Positions 20,488-43,263 of a stretch of 64,000 nucleotides of DNA are shown in pieces. A model generated the notes under the pieces. The model saw only the letters and a list, made by a program, of their open reading frames with translations. It did not search any database and was not told the DNA's origin. A program made the position numbers and the translations under genes. Origin of the DNA: Amoebidium appalachense (lineage: Eukaryota; Protista; Ichthyosporea); assembly GCA_963693365.1 (NCBI GenBank), contig CAVNZM010000015.1, forward strand, positions 930,001-994,000. The letters are read 5' to 3'. How positions within the stretch are numbered: position 1 is the first letter of the stretch; every line of letters starts with the position of its first letter.

Positions 20488-21888
20488 TCACGGAAGAGAC
20501 CCGTACAACTGTGCACGTATGCACTTCAATAAATACACACTAGCACCACTGTATGATACAGATACACCAGCACCACAATCCCAAACCCGTGTTAAGAAAC
20601 ACGTATAACACATGTGCCCCTCGTGTTCAACAACACGCTATAGCTGTTAAGTATCAAGAGATTTTTTCGTGACGCTGCAACCAAAAAGAGAGACAGGATA
20701 GACATGCATGCAATCATTCATCATCCTCTACAGCAGCGGCCTCTACAACAATCCCACACATTTTCATATACTCTTTCACTTCCTCCAAAGGCATAGTGGG
20801 TTTCCGTGCGTCCTCCAGCCACTCACATCGTTCTGGGTGTTGTACTTCTGGCGCTTGCGCTCAATACGGCGGGTCTCCTCCGCTGACATCTTATTGGCAC
20901 GGCATCTCATGGTACGCAACGTTTCCCCGATGGAAGATGACAGCTGCTTGTCCGTGATGCTGGCCGCTTCACCAGTCAAGTGCCCCCGCGCAGAAATGTG
21001 GTTGCGCACAGCAGCGACAAACACACCCTTGTCTGCCTTGTCCATCTTGCCCCAGGTGAAGTCGAGAACATTCTGATCCATGTCCTGAAGATGCGCTCTT
21101 ACGGCGTTGCTAACGGTGCCCTGAGAAATAGATGCGTTAGCTCTCTGTTTTTAAAAGAGGGAAAGCGCGGAAAAACAGGCTACTCAAAGACACACCAAAG
21201 CTCACCGGTCTCCATCACTATCGAAGGCACGCCAAAGCTTTTACTTATGGCATAGCTACCATTCACAAGGCACCCCAAACACGGAGGAGCAGCGACCATA
21301 GAGCACAGCAGCAGCAGAACGGCTATTTTTTAACATGTCATAAAAGTAGGAATTTCCATTCAAAAGTGGGGGAGGGGGGGGGGGGGACAGTAACCCCTCT
21401 TGTATTTATAGCTCAGAGACTGGTACAATGATAAAAGGACTCATCCAGCCACTCACCGTAGGAAGTTCGATCTTTGTCTTGCCATTAGCAGGGATCTTTG
21501 GTGCTGGAGCTGGAGCTTGCTGCAGCTGAGCTGAGAGAGCAGTCTGAACGGCAGCCTGGACCATCTCGGCAATGCGCTCTGCCAAGGCGTTGTTCTCCTG
21601 CAGTCAACGGGTGTGTCACAATTGGCTTTCTGAATGACGGACCCATTCGCTTCCATCACAACACTTCCTCCAAAGTGAACAAAACACACCAAAAAATTAA
21701 AGGGGGGAAGGGGGGGCAACCGTGTACATGCAAGGGAGATGACTGACAAAACACAAAACGTAAAATCTAGGTAGGGTTTACAGCGGCCTATGCAACCGAA
21801 TGACCGTATCTTTAAGTTTCTGCATACCCTTGGCACGGTGTAAAAAAGAAACCCTCACCTCACGGACGATCTTCTGGAACGTGCTCAT
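20488..21888 (-). CDS. Transposon-borne accessory protein (TnpA-like or helical DNA-binding candidate), ~160 aa
   Basis: Clean phase-0 exons 21888-21859 (MSTFQKIVRE), 21597-21457 and 21120-20827, all with GTGAG donors. Basic C-terminal helix AEETRRIERKRQKYN. The last exon 20508-20488 (LYGSLP*, overlapping AATAAA) is tentative. Confidence 0.6.
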
Positions 21889-22548
21889 TTTGATGGTCAA
21901 CGTCTAGACGGCTGGGAAAAGACACACTAACGCTACACAGGACAGAGGGTAGCTGCAAGAAGAAAAGTCGTGGACACCCTTGTCACACAGTAGCCTTTGT
22001 GACCGGGTGGAATAACTACGTCTTGTACGGACCTTTTTATAGTGCAGCCTTCAGCACCGGTAGAGCCTATGGCCAACCGCAGCTGATATACGTTGCTCTC
22101 CACAAACTAGTATGGCGTGGTGCATGTGTGTTATGTGCGCCATTTTGTTGGTTTGCAAATATGCATGCAGCCTCTAACATAAACACTAAAATGTCAACCA
22201 CATGTGCTAAGAACGCCCGCCAAAACAAACTGACCGTGAGTCGCAAAAACAACGGACTTTTCTCAAACAGGCGCGAACAAACGGCCTGGGGCTCTTTACG
22301 CAAGCTTGAAATTACCATGGGATGTAAAAATTATAGCCGGCTGCAGATCGCAACCGGCTACAGATTTACCTATAACATCTAAATTATTCAACTGAAATCT
22401 CACAAAACCGTTAGAGTATTTTTTAATTATATCCGTTATTTATATATATTCCAACTTGTAGTGCGGTTAACAATACAAGACAGGGTTTAGGCGGAGGGGG
22501 GCTTTGCGGATGGTACTGGTCGTTGCTTTCACACAGGCCACAAACGTC

Positions 22549-22632
22549 AGCCAATCAAAGGAGTCGGGCACTGGCTGCTAGCTTGTGATTGGTCCTCCTG
22601 GCGGTGCTTTCGAAGCTGTAATGTTATTGGCT
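22549..22632. promoter_or_regulatory. Three CCAAT/ATTGG boxes ~37 bp apart in the divergent promoter region of the transposon
   Basis: GCCAATC (~22550), GATTGG (~22587) and TATTGG (~22625) lie between the two divergent transposon genes. The promoter function is inferred. Confidence 0.35.
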
Positions 22633-23284
22633 TTTTTGCAATTTTTTTTTATGGGTGATGATCTTTAGGGGCCTGGAGCTTCTTCTCTCTCTTTCTCTTT
22701 TTGGGGTATGTTTTACTATTTTGTACGGGCCGTAATTACATCTAAATAGAAGAACAGCAAGGCTGTAACATTGATTTCACGGTTTCTGACATCATGCGCA
22801 TGCGCGCGTGATCATGATCATGATCGGGATGCGTGATTATGTCTTAGGCAGCTGGCTGTGGCAAATGGTTTGTTCTTCAAAAAATAATTTCTATATAATA
22901 ATTAATAGCATAATTTTTATTGTAAATAGCAATGCTGTTTGCTCTAACAGTATTTACTCATGAGCTTTGCTTTCCACCTAAACTCATTGCTCATCGACCC
23001 CTAGACTAACGCGAAAGCAATTACGTAGGGCTACCTTGTATGACAACACAGACAGTGCACAATCAGCTCATGATAGCCATGAATGGGCCGGATATAGAGG
23101 CAGATGTGAAGCACGTGAAAGCTGAGCTTTATTTTCAGAACCGTAATTCAAGAGAACTCTTCGTCGATGGTGCTGGAGCCGCGCTGTTTCCTACCTCAGT
23201 ACCAGGTCCATAGCTGTATAATTCACGGCGAGAATGAAGCGGTTACAAGACGAACAAGGTTCTGGCCCACCAAAAGGCCCCAGA

Positions 23285-23408
23285 ATGGAGCGTTCTCCAT
23301 GTTATTGCCCGTTATGCGAAGGGAAATTTGTGGCTCGGTCGACCCGAAAACTGCACAACCAGAGACACACGTGGCTGGCGCCTGCTGGGCAGCCGACAGA
23401 GCAGGAAG
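23285..23408 (+). pseudogene. First exon of a CACTA-type transposase (N-terminal CxCxxC...H Zn-binding motif); catalytic exons not found
   Basis: MERSPCYCPLCEGKFVARSTRKLHNQRH followed by a G|GTGTGT donor. It resembles the C-x-C-x2-C-x(n)-T-x3-H N-terminus I recall from fungal/animal CACTA transposases. Downstream is mostly (CA)n, with no DDE-domain exons before the right TIR. Confidence 0.55.
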
Positions 23409-23776
23409 GTGTGTATCCAGCACTTTTTCTTTTTCCGCTTAAGGAAGTTTCAGATGGATATGCTCACACGTGCTCGCGTAACATAGTATTAAATAAGGTT
23501 TGGGTTCCTGCAGGATTAAAACACATCGCAGCTCATGCTGATATTCATGCAGACGCACAGGCCATACACTTGCACACACACCCGCCACACAAACACACTC
23601 ACTCACCGGCACACACACACGCACGAGAATACATGCACGCACACGCACACGCTTACGCACACAGGCCCACAGGCACACGCACAAAAACATACTCTCACAT
23701 ACACACACACACACACAGTCACACACACACACACACACGCGCACACACACACACTCACATACACGAACATCTCCCT

Positions 23777-23910
<134 letters not shown>

Positions 23911-23927
23911 ACATCTCCCTGCACACA

Positions 23928-24054
<127 letters not shown>

Positions 24055-24107
24055 GCGCGCACGCACGCACGCACGCACACACACACTCACACACACGATC
24101 ATCTCCC

Positions 24108-24224
<117 letters not shown>

Positions 24225-24505
24225 GTACACACACGCACACACGCACAAACGCACACACACACACACACAACATACATATGCACACACATACCTCCCTCCC
24301 CCCGGTCATACAAAGGCGACACGCGTGCACAGGCACACACACACGCACAGACAAGCACGCACACACGCGCACAAGCACACACACACACACACATATGTGT
24401 GTGTGTGCACACACGCACACGTTTTACACAGATGAGCACGCACAAAAACACCGCACACACACACACAAACACACACGTATACACATGCATACACACGTGC
24501 ACGCT

Positions 24506-24550
<45 letters not shown>

Positions 24551-24568
24551 GCGCACACACACACACGC

Positions 24569-24639
<71 letters not shown>

Positions 24640-24732
24640 CAAACACACACATACACACATTCCGTCTTTCACAGCTTGGCATATTAACACCTCATAGCAC
24701 ACAACAACCTTGTGTTGTCACCCCTCTCCCCC

Positions 24733-24763
<31 letters not shown>

Positions 24764-24774
24764 CTCTCTCTCCC

Positions 24775-24817
<43 letters not shown>

Positions 24818-25022
24818 CCCCCCCCTCCGCTAATCCTGTCTGCTTTGTTGTTGTTGTAATGTTTGACATGTTGGTTTACAAAGGCTAAATGCAAATTCTT
24901 TCCCCCTCTTCCCCCCTCCTCCTCCTCCTCCCCTCTTTCCCCCCTCCCCCCCCCCGTCTTCCCCCATGCCGAGCAACACGAAAGAAGAGTTGCAAACACA
25001 TGCATTCAAACACACTCACAAA

Positions 25023-25169
<147 letters not shown>

Positions 25170-25203
25170 ACCGTGGCACAAACACAAGCACAAACTAATA
25201 CAT

Positions 25204-25324
<121 letters not shown>

Positions 25325-25388
25325 CACACACACACACACACACACACGCACGCACGCACACACGCACACGCACACATACACACATACA

Positions 25389-25504
<116 letters not shown>

Positions 25505-25536
25505 GTGGCACAAACACAAGCACACACAGACACATG

Positions 25537-25637
<101 letters not shown>

Positions 25638-25826
25638 CACACACACACAGAGAGAGAGAGAGATAGGCACGCACACACACAAACACACGCAAACACACAC
25701 ACACGGGCGCGCCCAACACACAGAAATACACACAGAAATACAGTCTTTAGACACACACACGCACACACACACATACACAAACACACACACACACACACAG
25801 TCTTAAGACACACGCACACGCACGCG

Positions 25827-25958
<132 letters not shown>

Positions 25959-26089
25959 CACGCACACACGCACACACACAAATACACACAAACGCACACA
26001 CACGGGCGTGCCCAACACACACAAACACACACAGAAATACAGTCTTACGACACACACGCACACACACACACAGTCTTAAGACACACACA

Positions 26090-26197
<108 letters not shown>

Positions 26198-26366
26198 AGC
26201 AGGTATCCCCATGGTTGCCTGAACCGCAAGCACACCACCCACAAGGTGGGCGGTGCACATTCACATCTGCACACGTTTCCTAACCCACACGTGCATGTGC
26301 ACATCCGCAATCACACTGTCACGGTAGAGTCTCAGACGTGCGCGGGTGCGCACCCACACACACACA

Positions 26367-26460
<94 letters not shown>

Positions 26461-26463
26461 CCT

Positions 26464-26497
<34 letters not shown>

Positions 26498-26558
26498 GCG
26501 CCTGTTGTTTTGCTTGTCATTTGTTGTTCTGGTTGATTACCTGTAATCTTCGCTTATT

Positions 26559-26593
<35 letters not shown>

Positions 26594-26977
26594 TGTGCGG
26601 GGTTGCACATACCGGTGTCTACTTTTCTTCTTACTGTTTTTCTCTCCACACACTTCATCTGTCCACTTCTGCATACCCCCTTTCATAGCTATAGACACAC
26701 TTCACACATTGCGTTACGCGCACGCATGCACACACCGCTCTGTTGGCGACAGCTCCCTTGGAACCCATGCGGCATGTTACCCGCCGGCGTAACATAACTC
26801 GGACTATCGGTTTGGCTTTTTTCAAGCCCAAAGCAATGGGTGATACCATATTTCCGGCTGACATCCGGGGGCATAGCTTTCCGTTCGAAGACGATAAAGT
26901 TCCGCCCTAGTAAGCGTGTTACTACCCTGCGGCGTGGGTCAAATCTCATATTTTCCCCTCTGATTACGAATTCTGTG

Positions 26978-27396
26978 GCCTTCGGGACTTAATTCTTTTC
27001 AGCTGGTGTAGTATGTTAGCCAGGGAAGTATCGACTTAGGTATCGACGGGGGAGCTTCCTAGAAGCCCCGTCTCCTGAGTTCCTATCTATATTTTTCTTG
27101 CTTCTGCTTACTGCTGCAACTTTAACCCCCGGCCTTTCCCACTGCCCTTGCCTGCATAAGCAACCCTGCTCGTCTCTGATCAAGACGGGTGACCTACTCA
27201 TGTTCAAGTGAAACAGTATCTGAGTTGGGTTTCGTTAACGAGGGGAATAGGTCGAAACTCGGGTACTGTGGATGACGTGGGCCCCCCCTGAGGATGGGCT
27301 CTGCTTATTATGCATACTCTTTATGTATGGCTTGCATTCTGCATCGTGTTATCCGTTTGTTCTTGTGTACTTCGTACTTTTTGACGCATTCAAAAC
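26978..27396 (+). mobile_element. Long copy (subfamily A) of the poly(C)-ended intronic retroposon-like family
   Basis: About five substitutions and one indel relative to the reverse complement of 31929-32346. Its last ~90 nt are identical to 51953-52043. Ends CATTCAAAA(C)n. Confidence 0.8.
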
Positions 27397-27711
27397 CCCC
27401 CCCCCCCCCTCCCCCCCCCCCCCCCCCCCCCCCCCCCCCGCCCTCGCCCAACACACACACAGTGTAGACATGCATTGCATACGGCTGTGCATACACACAA
27501 ACACTGGCGCCCGGCTATGCACACAATCAAGTACCATTAGCACATTTTCTGGCAGGGAAGGGTTGTTTGTGGTGGGACCAGTGTCCTAATTGTCATTTTG
27601 AACTCTGTGCTTGGGTAGACCAAATATTTCTTTAGTTTCAAGTTTCTTTTGAATCTTTTTTTAGAACCCCCATTGCGTACGTAGCACGCGGGCGGAGGGG
27701 GGAGTTCCTAT

Positions 27712-27746
<35 letters not shown>

Positions 27747-28281
27747 GGGCATCATGTTTCCTAGCGGAGGATTTGGGAGGGGAAGGACAGGGTGTGTGTG
27801 GGGGGGGGTTAAAATGTAGAGGAATTCACAGGGATGTTTTGCCAAAAAATACACTATAGCTGCCGGAGGTAGATCTTATTTGAGTTCTCAGTGTGGGCCT
27901 GGGTCACACTCGGCTATTAATAGCTCTTGATTCCAATTATGTCTGATTAATTAGCAAAAGACATTGCTGTTAGCCGTGCTTTGTTGCTGCCGGCAGATGT
28001 GCTTTTCAGCACAAGTTTTATACTATTTCAATAAATTATGGCCGCAAATGCAAAGTCATTATGACCTCGGCCATTGAACATGTGCACATTTGGTTCACAA
28101 ACGCCACTTCATGACACATGAAAAATGTTAGAAAGTCAGTCATCGACAAAACATATACAGGTCTAGGGGACCGGGGATATTGATAATTATAATTATTGCA
28201 GGAAATGATACAAATCGATCATAAAGCAAGTGCTATTATTTTGCCTGTAAAAATTGTGTGTGGGAGTGTGGGTGCACGGGT

Positions 28282-28384
<103 letters not shown>

Positions 28385-28993
28385 GGGGGGGGGGGGGGGG
28401 GGGAAGTAATGCTGCTAGTGCTACCATCAATTACTCCATTAATGGTGGAAGTGACACCGTTGCTTTCACATGACATGGGTTGCCTACACCCTGAGTCCAA
28501 CCAACGGCATTGCACTCACCATTACTGTCATCATTGGACACACCCCAACGGTAAAGCAACGGCGCCAGTAAGGCTGCAAGCAACGGGAAACGTGCTAGCA
28601 ACGCTGTAAGCAACGGTATCGCTTACACCGTCATGTATACCTGTGGTAGGCCTGACCAGTGACCAGTGGGGCTGTGCATATACTTTTACATTGGGTTGGT
28701 TTATTATAGCATACTAGAGCACATATATTCGAAAAGATAACATGCATACACATGGATCGAAATGACGGAATACAGTATAACGTGAATAAAAAGCTCAGGC
28801 TGGATAATTTAATAAGTATATCATTAAGTAACAGAATGTTAAGCTACCCCCCCCCCCCCCCCTCCCCCCCCGGCCCCCCCCCCCCCCCCCCCCCCCTTCC
28901 CCCCCCCCCCCCGCCCCTCCCCTCCCTGCCCACACACACGGGCCCGGGGCCCTCCTCAAACCCCCCCTCTCTTTGAGAGCCGATGTGCTAGCT

Positions 28994-29106
28994 GGCCATG
29001 GAGGTGGCCAGTTAGTTAAGGTGGCCATGAAGTTCAAGGCTATTTTTAATTAAGGTGGCCATGAAGTTCAAGGGTATAATAAATTAAGGCGGCCATGAAG
29101 TTCAAG
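28994..29106. repeat. Short tandem repeat with a TAAGGTGGCCATGAAGTTCAAG core, 3 full copies plus 1 partial
   Basis: Core visible at ~29017, ~29051 and ~29086 (period ~34). Confidence 0.8.
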
Positions 29107-29209
29107 ACTATAATTGCAGTCGAATTTTTTTCTGTTCTGTATGTTTTTTTCTTAGCTGCTAGGGCTGTGAGAAAATTTCAAGCCCCCCCCCCCAAAAAAA
29201 AAGGGGGAA

Positions 29210-29249
<40 letters not shown>

Positions 29250-29330
29250 GGGGGGGGGGGGGGATCGCGGAATAATTATTCAAAAAAATAAAAAAAAGAG
29301 GAGGGAAAAAAACAACACAAATACACGCGT

Positions 29331-29404
<74 letters not shown>

Positions 29405-30789
29405 ACACATACACACCACACAGAAGGGGGGGGGGGGGGGGGGGGAGGGGGGGGGGGTAATATTAATGAACACGTTTCCATTATACTGGCCTAAGTCACA
29501 TGATTGCTCCTGAATATAATGCATATGGTACCGAAGATTATTATTCTTTTATTATCATCATCATCATTATTATTATTATTATTATTTGTCCTTGGCTGCA
29601 TGTATGCACTCCAAATTAAAACCAGCAGGTGAGAGGAACAGTGACACCGGTACCGTGCACGTAAACTATACACGTGGACCCACCGACAAATTTTACTCAG
29701 GAAAATTACACCATAATGATTTATATGACGCATACCGTAACATCATCTTGCATGTGGCCTTAATTAATGATACACTGCATAAAACATCATGAGGGAAATC
29801 TTTATTTATTTATTTATTATTTTTACTTTGTATTATTTGTTTACGCGTATGATAGCGCTCTCATATGCTTTTGATTTGCATCGGGTTTCACTGAATTTGG
29901 TTTCACTGAATTTGAACTTATTTCACCGTGCACGTCTAGTAGACCCATGTTGTTACCCCCCCTCCCCACCCACCCACAAATAAATTAAAAATAAAATAAA
30001 CAAACAATGCAAAGTAAAAATAAAAAATAAATATATAAAATGATAAAACCCCCCTTTTGTACAAGCCAAATAAAGGTGGCACGGTATATAGGATGATCGG
30101 TGCTCAAATTGATTGCCAAGACACCTAACATACATTCCACTACGCACGTCATCCATATTCAAGTATTCGATCAGTAACACATAAAACAGACGACCTAGCA
30201 ACGTTTTTCAAAGCGCCCTCAAGATTTGAAACGAAAAATACATGCTGGTCCATGTTCAAAATATTCAAGACTATTTCTGGAATTTGCCTTTATCTCACAA
30301 AGCAGAACACATTTAGCAAAGCTCAAGGAGTTATTACAAGACACTCTAGTATGCTACCGGCGTATTCCAGTGCATTCAAGCATCACATTCGACAATAATC
30401 TTGAATATTACTAGAATTCACACCCCTATATCAGAAAACCACGTGCCCCTATCTGTTCAAGGAGTTGAAAAAGGGCACTGTTGCATCCCGTCTCATTTCA
30501 TATGAAGCATTCACGCATCACATTCAAGATTGTTCTAGTATCATACGTATGGGAATGCTCAAGAATCGTATTCTAGGATATTCAGGCATCACATATCAAA
30601 ATATTTATGCATTATGTTCTAGGACATTCGCACATCACATCCCAAAATATTTAAGCATCTTATGTATTAGAATGTTCAAAAAAACGCATTCTAGTATTTA
30701 GACTTCACATTCCAAAATATTCATGCATCGTGTTCGAATGGACAATTACACATCACATTATATCGTGTTGTAGAATCGTCCAGGATAAT

Positions 30790-34843
<4,054 letters not shown>

Positions 34844-35194
34844 CTTCACAATCTCAAGACTGTTCGTCACTAAAGTTGCCGCTCCATCTTTGCCAGTTTT
34901 CTAAACAATTTCTGACTACATATGTATACGCCTTTCCTAACCACACACCCCGCATTCCAGCCTGACAAATGTCATGTTTCTATCAGCTGTTTCTATCGGT
35001 CTCTCAGGGAGGCATGTGGCTCAGTGCAGTATGTCCTCTGAGGTGCCAGTTGTCCGTGCTTTTCAGTTTCGTGCATAAGGCTTGTTGTACATTGTAAGCC
35101 CGCCAAAAAACAAAGCCACCCAATCAAAAAAGACACGACCTAAAAACTGTACTAACTTACCAATATATCGAGAAAATCACTCGCTTATCACATC

Positions 35195-35267
35195 GTCCTG
35201 GTAGCGTAGTAGGTAGCGCGTAGGTCTCATAATCCTAAGGTCGTGAGTTCGATCCTCACCCAGGGCA
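35195..35267 (+). tRNA. tRNA-Met(CAT), elongator type, intronless
   Basis: 73-nt cloverleaf: acceptor stem GTCCTGG/CCAGGGC, anticodon arm TAGGT-CTCATAA-TCCTA with CAT at 35228-35230, T arm GTGAG-TTCGATC-CTCAC. G1:C72 and T54 argue for elongator rather than initiator. Confidence 0.95.
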
Positions 35268-35272
35268 TCCAA

Positions 35273-35280
35273 TTTTTTTT
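35273..35280 (+). terminator. RNA polymerase III terminator (T8) of the tRNA-Met gene
   Basis: Run of 8 T beginning 6 nt after the discriminator base. Confidence 0.8.
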
Positions 35281-36074
35281 GATTTTTTTTCTTCATTATT
35301 CCAACCATCGACATTACGCTTTATTTTCTCGGGTAACCGTTGACTATACGTGCACCGTGCACGGAAGGGTGGGTGTAGGTTTTCCCTCTTCTTTCTTTCC
35401 CCAAATTCATTTCCCAACTTCCATTACGCTTGACCAAAAAATATTCAACAGTGTTTGTACTGACTGTGTAGGAAACTTGTATGCATGAACTTATACGCCA
35501 CAGCCACAGAACCCTGAAGAGTTGCACTGAGCATAGCTTCGCGAGTGCTGTATATCTACGTGGGGGTTTACGCTGTTTACTCGAGGCAAAGAGAGACCAG
35601 TCTCAGGTATGGGGGGTTATCTACGTGCGTACATGTGACACGGTAACGTGAGTTTTTCTTTCTTTCTTTCTTTCTTCCCCTTGAACTTCTTCTTCTTCTT
35701 CTTCTTCTTCTTTTTTGATAAAGAGAGCAAGAGAACTTGCCAGTGTGTGTGTGTTGTGTGTGTGTGTGTGGGGGGGGGGCGGGGTTGATAAAAAACAAGC
35801 TGCCAGCAAGCAGACTGGAATTCGTGGAACGGAATCCAGGTGCAAAAGCTTAAGTTTGAGGCTAAGTGCATTTGTTGCATGTACATATATATATATTATA
35901 GGTACATTTTTCATCCTATCCTCGTGAGGATCTTAGAGTTTTAGGGTGAACACACAGTATTACACACACGACTATTTCGTTATCTAGCAATCACCTTGTT
36001 GGGTGGAAATATTACTGACCTTAGTGCCGGCTACAGATAGCATACAGTTTCACATGTAAGAAACAGAACATTCC

Positions 36075-36105
<31 letters not shown>

Positions 36106-36140
36106 AAAATGCAACTCAAAATAAACTAAATATAACAACT

Positions 36141-41690
<5,550 letters not shown>

Positions 41691-41977
41691 TTCGAAGGAT
41701 GGCGATGTGCTGCTGGGTGACCTGTATTGGGAAAAAAATCTTTAATGGTTGAGGTTTAAGGAATAATTCAGTTTTCACAAGTGTGCAGGTGAGGAGAATA
41801 GTTATGACGGAGCGTTTTGAGCATTGAGCATGCAGCTAGCTTAAAGCCCATCCTCAAGAAAGGGGGGATCACTTGGTTTTTCTCGTGAGTGCTCATGGCC
41901 TTGTGGGTTCCCATATGCCCCCCCCCCCCCCCCCCCCCCCAGCCTCCCGGCTCGTTTTCTTCAACCACTCCTAACAC

Positions 41978-42012
<35 letters not shown>

Positions 42013-42957
42013 GGGGGAAACTGAGCTTTGGGAATCTACTATTGGTCGGTGAACTAGATCTTGTGCAAGAAGTTTTCTTTGTGGAAGGATTGTGAGCTTT
42101 CAGAGTGGTCAGAGAGGTGGGGAAGGGGGGGGGAGGGGAAGGAAGGAAGGGAGAGAGGGTAGCAGAAAAGACATCGCCTATTTGGCTAAGGGGTGAGGAA
42201 AAGAAACGTGTGCAGTCACTGAAGTGCATGACTAAGTTGAGTGATCATGGTCGACACTCCCACTCCAGTGTTGCACTGATCTTGGGTGAAACTCTAAGAT
42301 ATATAAGGAACTCGGTAACTATAGAAGTTGGCACTTACTTTGCAAGGTAAAACGATGCAATAAGGGCCAGGCCGGCACACATAGCCCACAGCCACCCACC
42401 AGTTCCTGTGTTTTGCTTGGAGCCCATGTGAAGGAAAGACCAGGAACTTCGAAAGGGAGGGAAATGAGTGGGTTGATTCGGGTGGGTGAGTATGGGATGA
42501 AAGGGATGAAGGAGGAGGGAGGATGGGGATAGGGGTCCAGAGGGGTCCTGTATGTTTGGGAATGGAAGAGGAGCAAAAGCGGCAAAGGTATCGTGTAGAA
42601 ATGCAGAGTGCAAGTGAGTTGACTGCAGTTGGGGGGGGGGGGGGGGGGGGGAGGGGGGGAGAGATGGGCCCAGGGGGCGAGAGAGAGGGGGGAGGGGGAG
42701 GAGGAAAGAGAGAGAGAGTGCGTGTGTATAGGCTATGTGTGTATGTGCGCGCGCGTGTGTGTGAGAGAGGAAGAGGGAGGGAGAGGGAGAGAGAAGGAGG
42801 GAGGGAGGGGTAGGGAGGGAGGGAGGGAGGGAGGGAGGGAGAGAGGGAGAGGGCCAAGGGAAAAAAAGAGGGAGGGGGGGGGGGGGGGGAGGGGGGGAGG
42901 GGGGGGGGAGTTAGAAGGGGAGTGGGGGGGGGGGGTTTGGGTGGTGGTGGTGGTGGT

Positions 42958-42997
<40 letters not shown>

Positions 42998-43192
42998 CTT
43001 CCGAGTCTTTGTACTTGACAGCTGCCGCACTTTATACAAGCATATATAATGTTCACTCCGGTACGTTTCCGCTTGCCTCCATATTTTTTTTTCGCGCTGA
43101 TCAATTGTGTACACAGCAGCCTCGTGCCCGGCTGAGGCTCCTACTTGCACCTATAATTTCTTCATGCATGATAATTTACTATTTTATTCGCC

Positions 43193-43263
43193 TTAAGTTA
43201 CATGAATCATAAGCTATTGTAGTAAAGAATTGTTAATTCCAATTTATGATTCATGTAACTTAA
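43193..43263. repeat. Perfect 20-bp inverted repeat with 31-nt spacer
   Basis: TTAAGTTACATGAATCATAA (43193-43212) and TTATGATTCATGTAACTTAA (43244-43263). Confidence 0.9.

Noticed and set aside
27250-27310. Canonical hammerhead ribozyme (GAAA at ~27254, CTGAGGA at 27288)
   Set aside because: I could not build stems II and III or an NUH cleavage site in any of the type I, II or III topologies. Kept only as an unexplained conserved structure.
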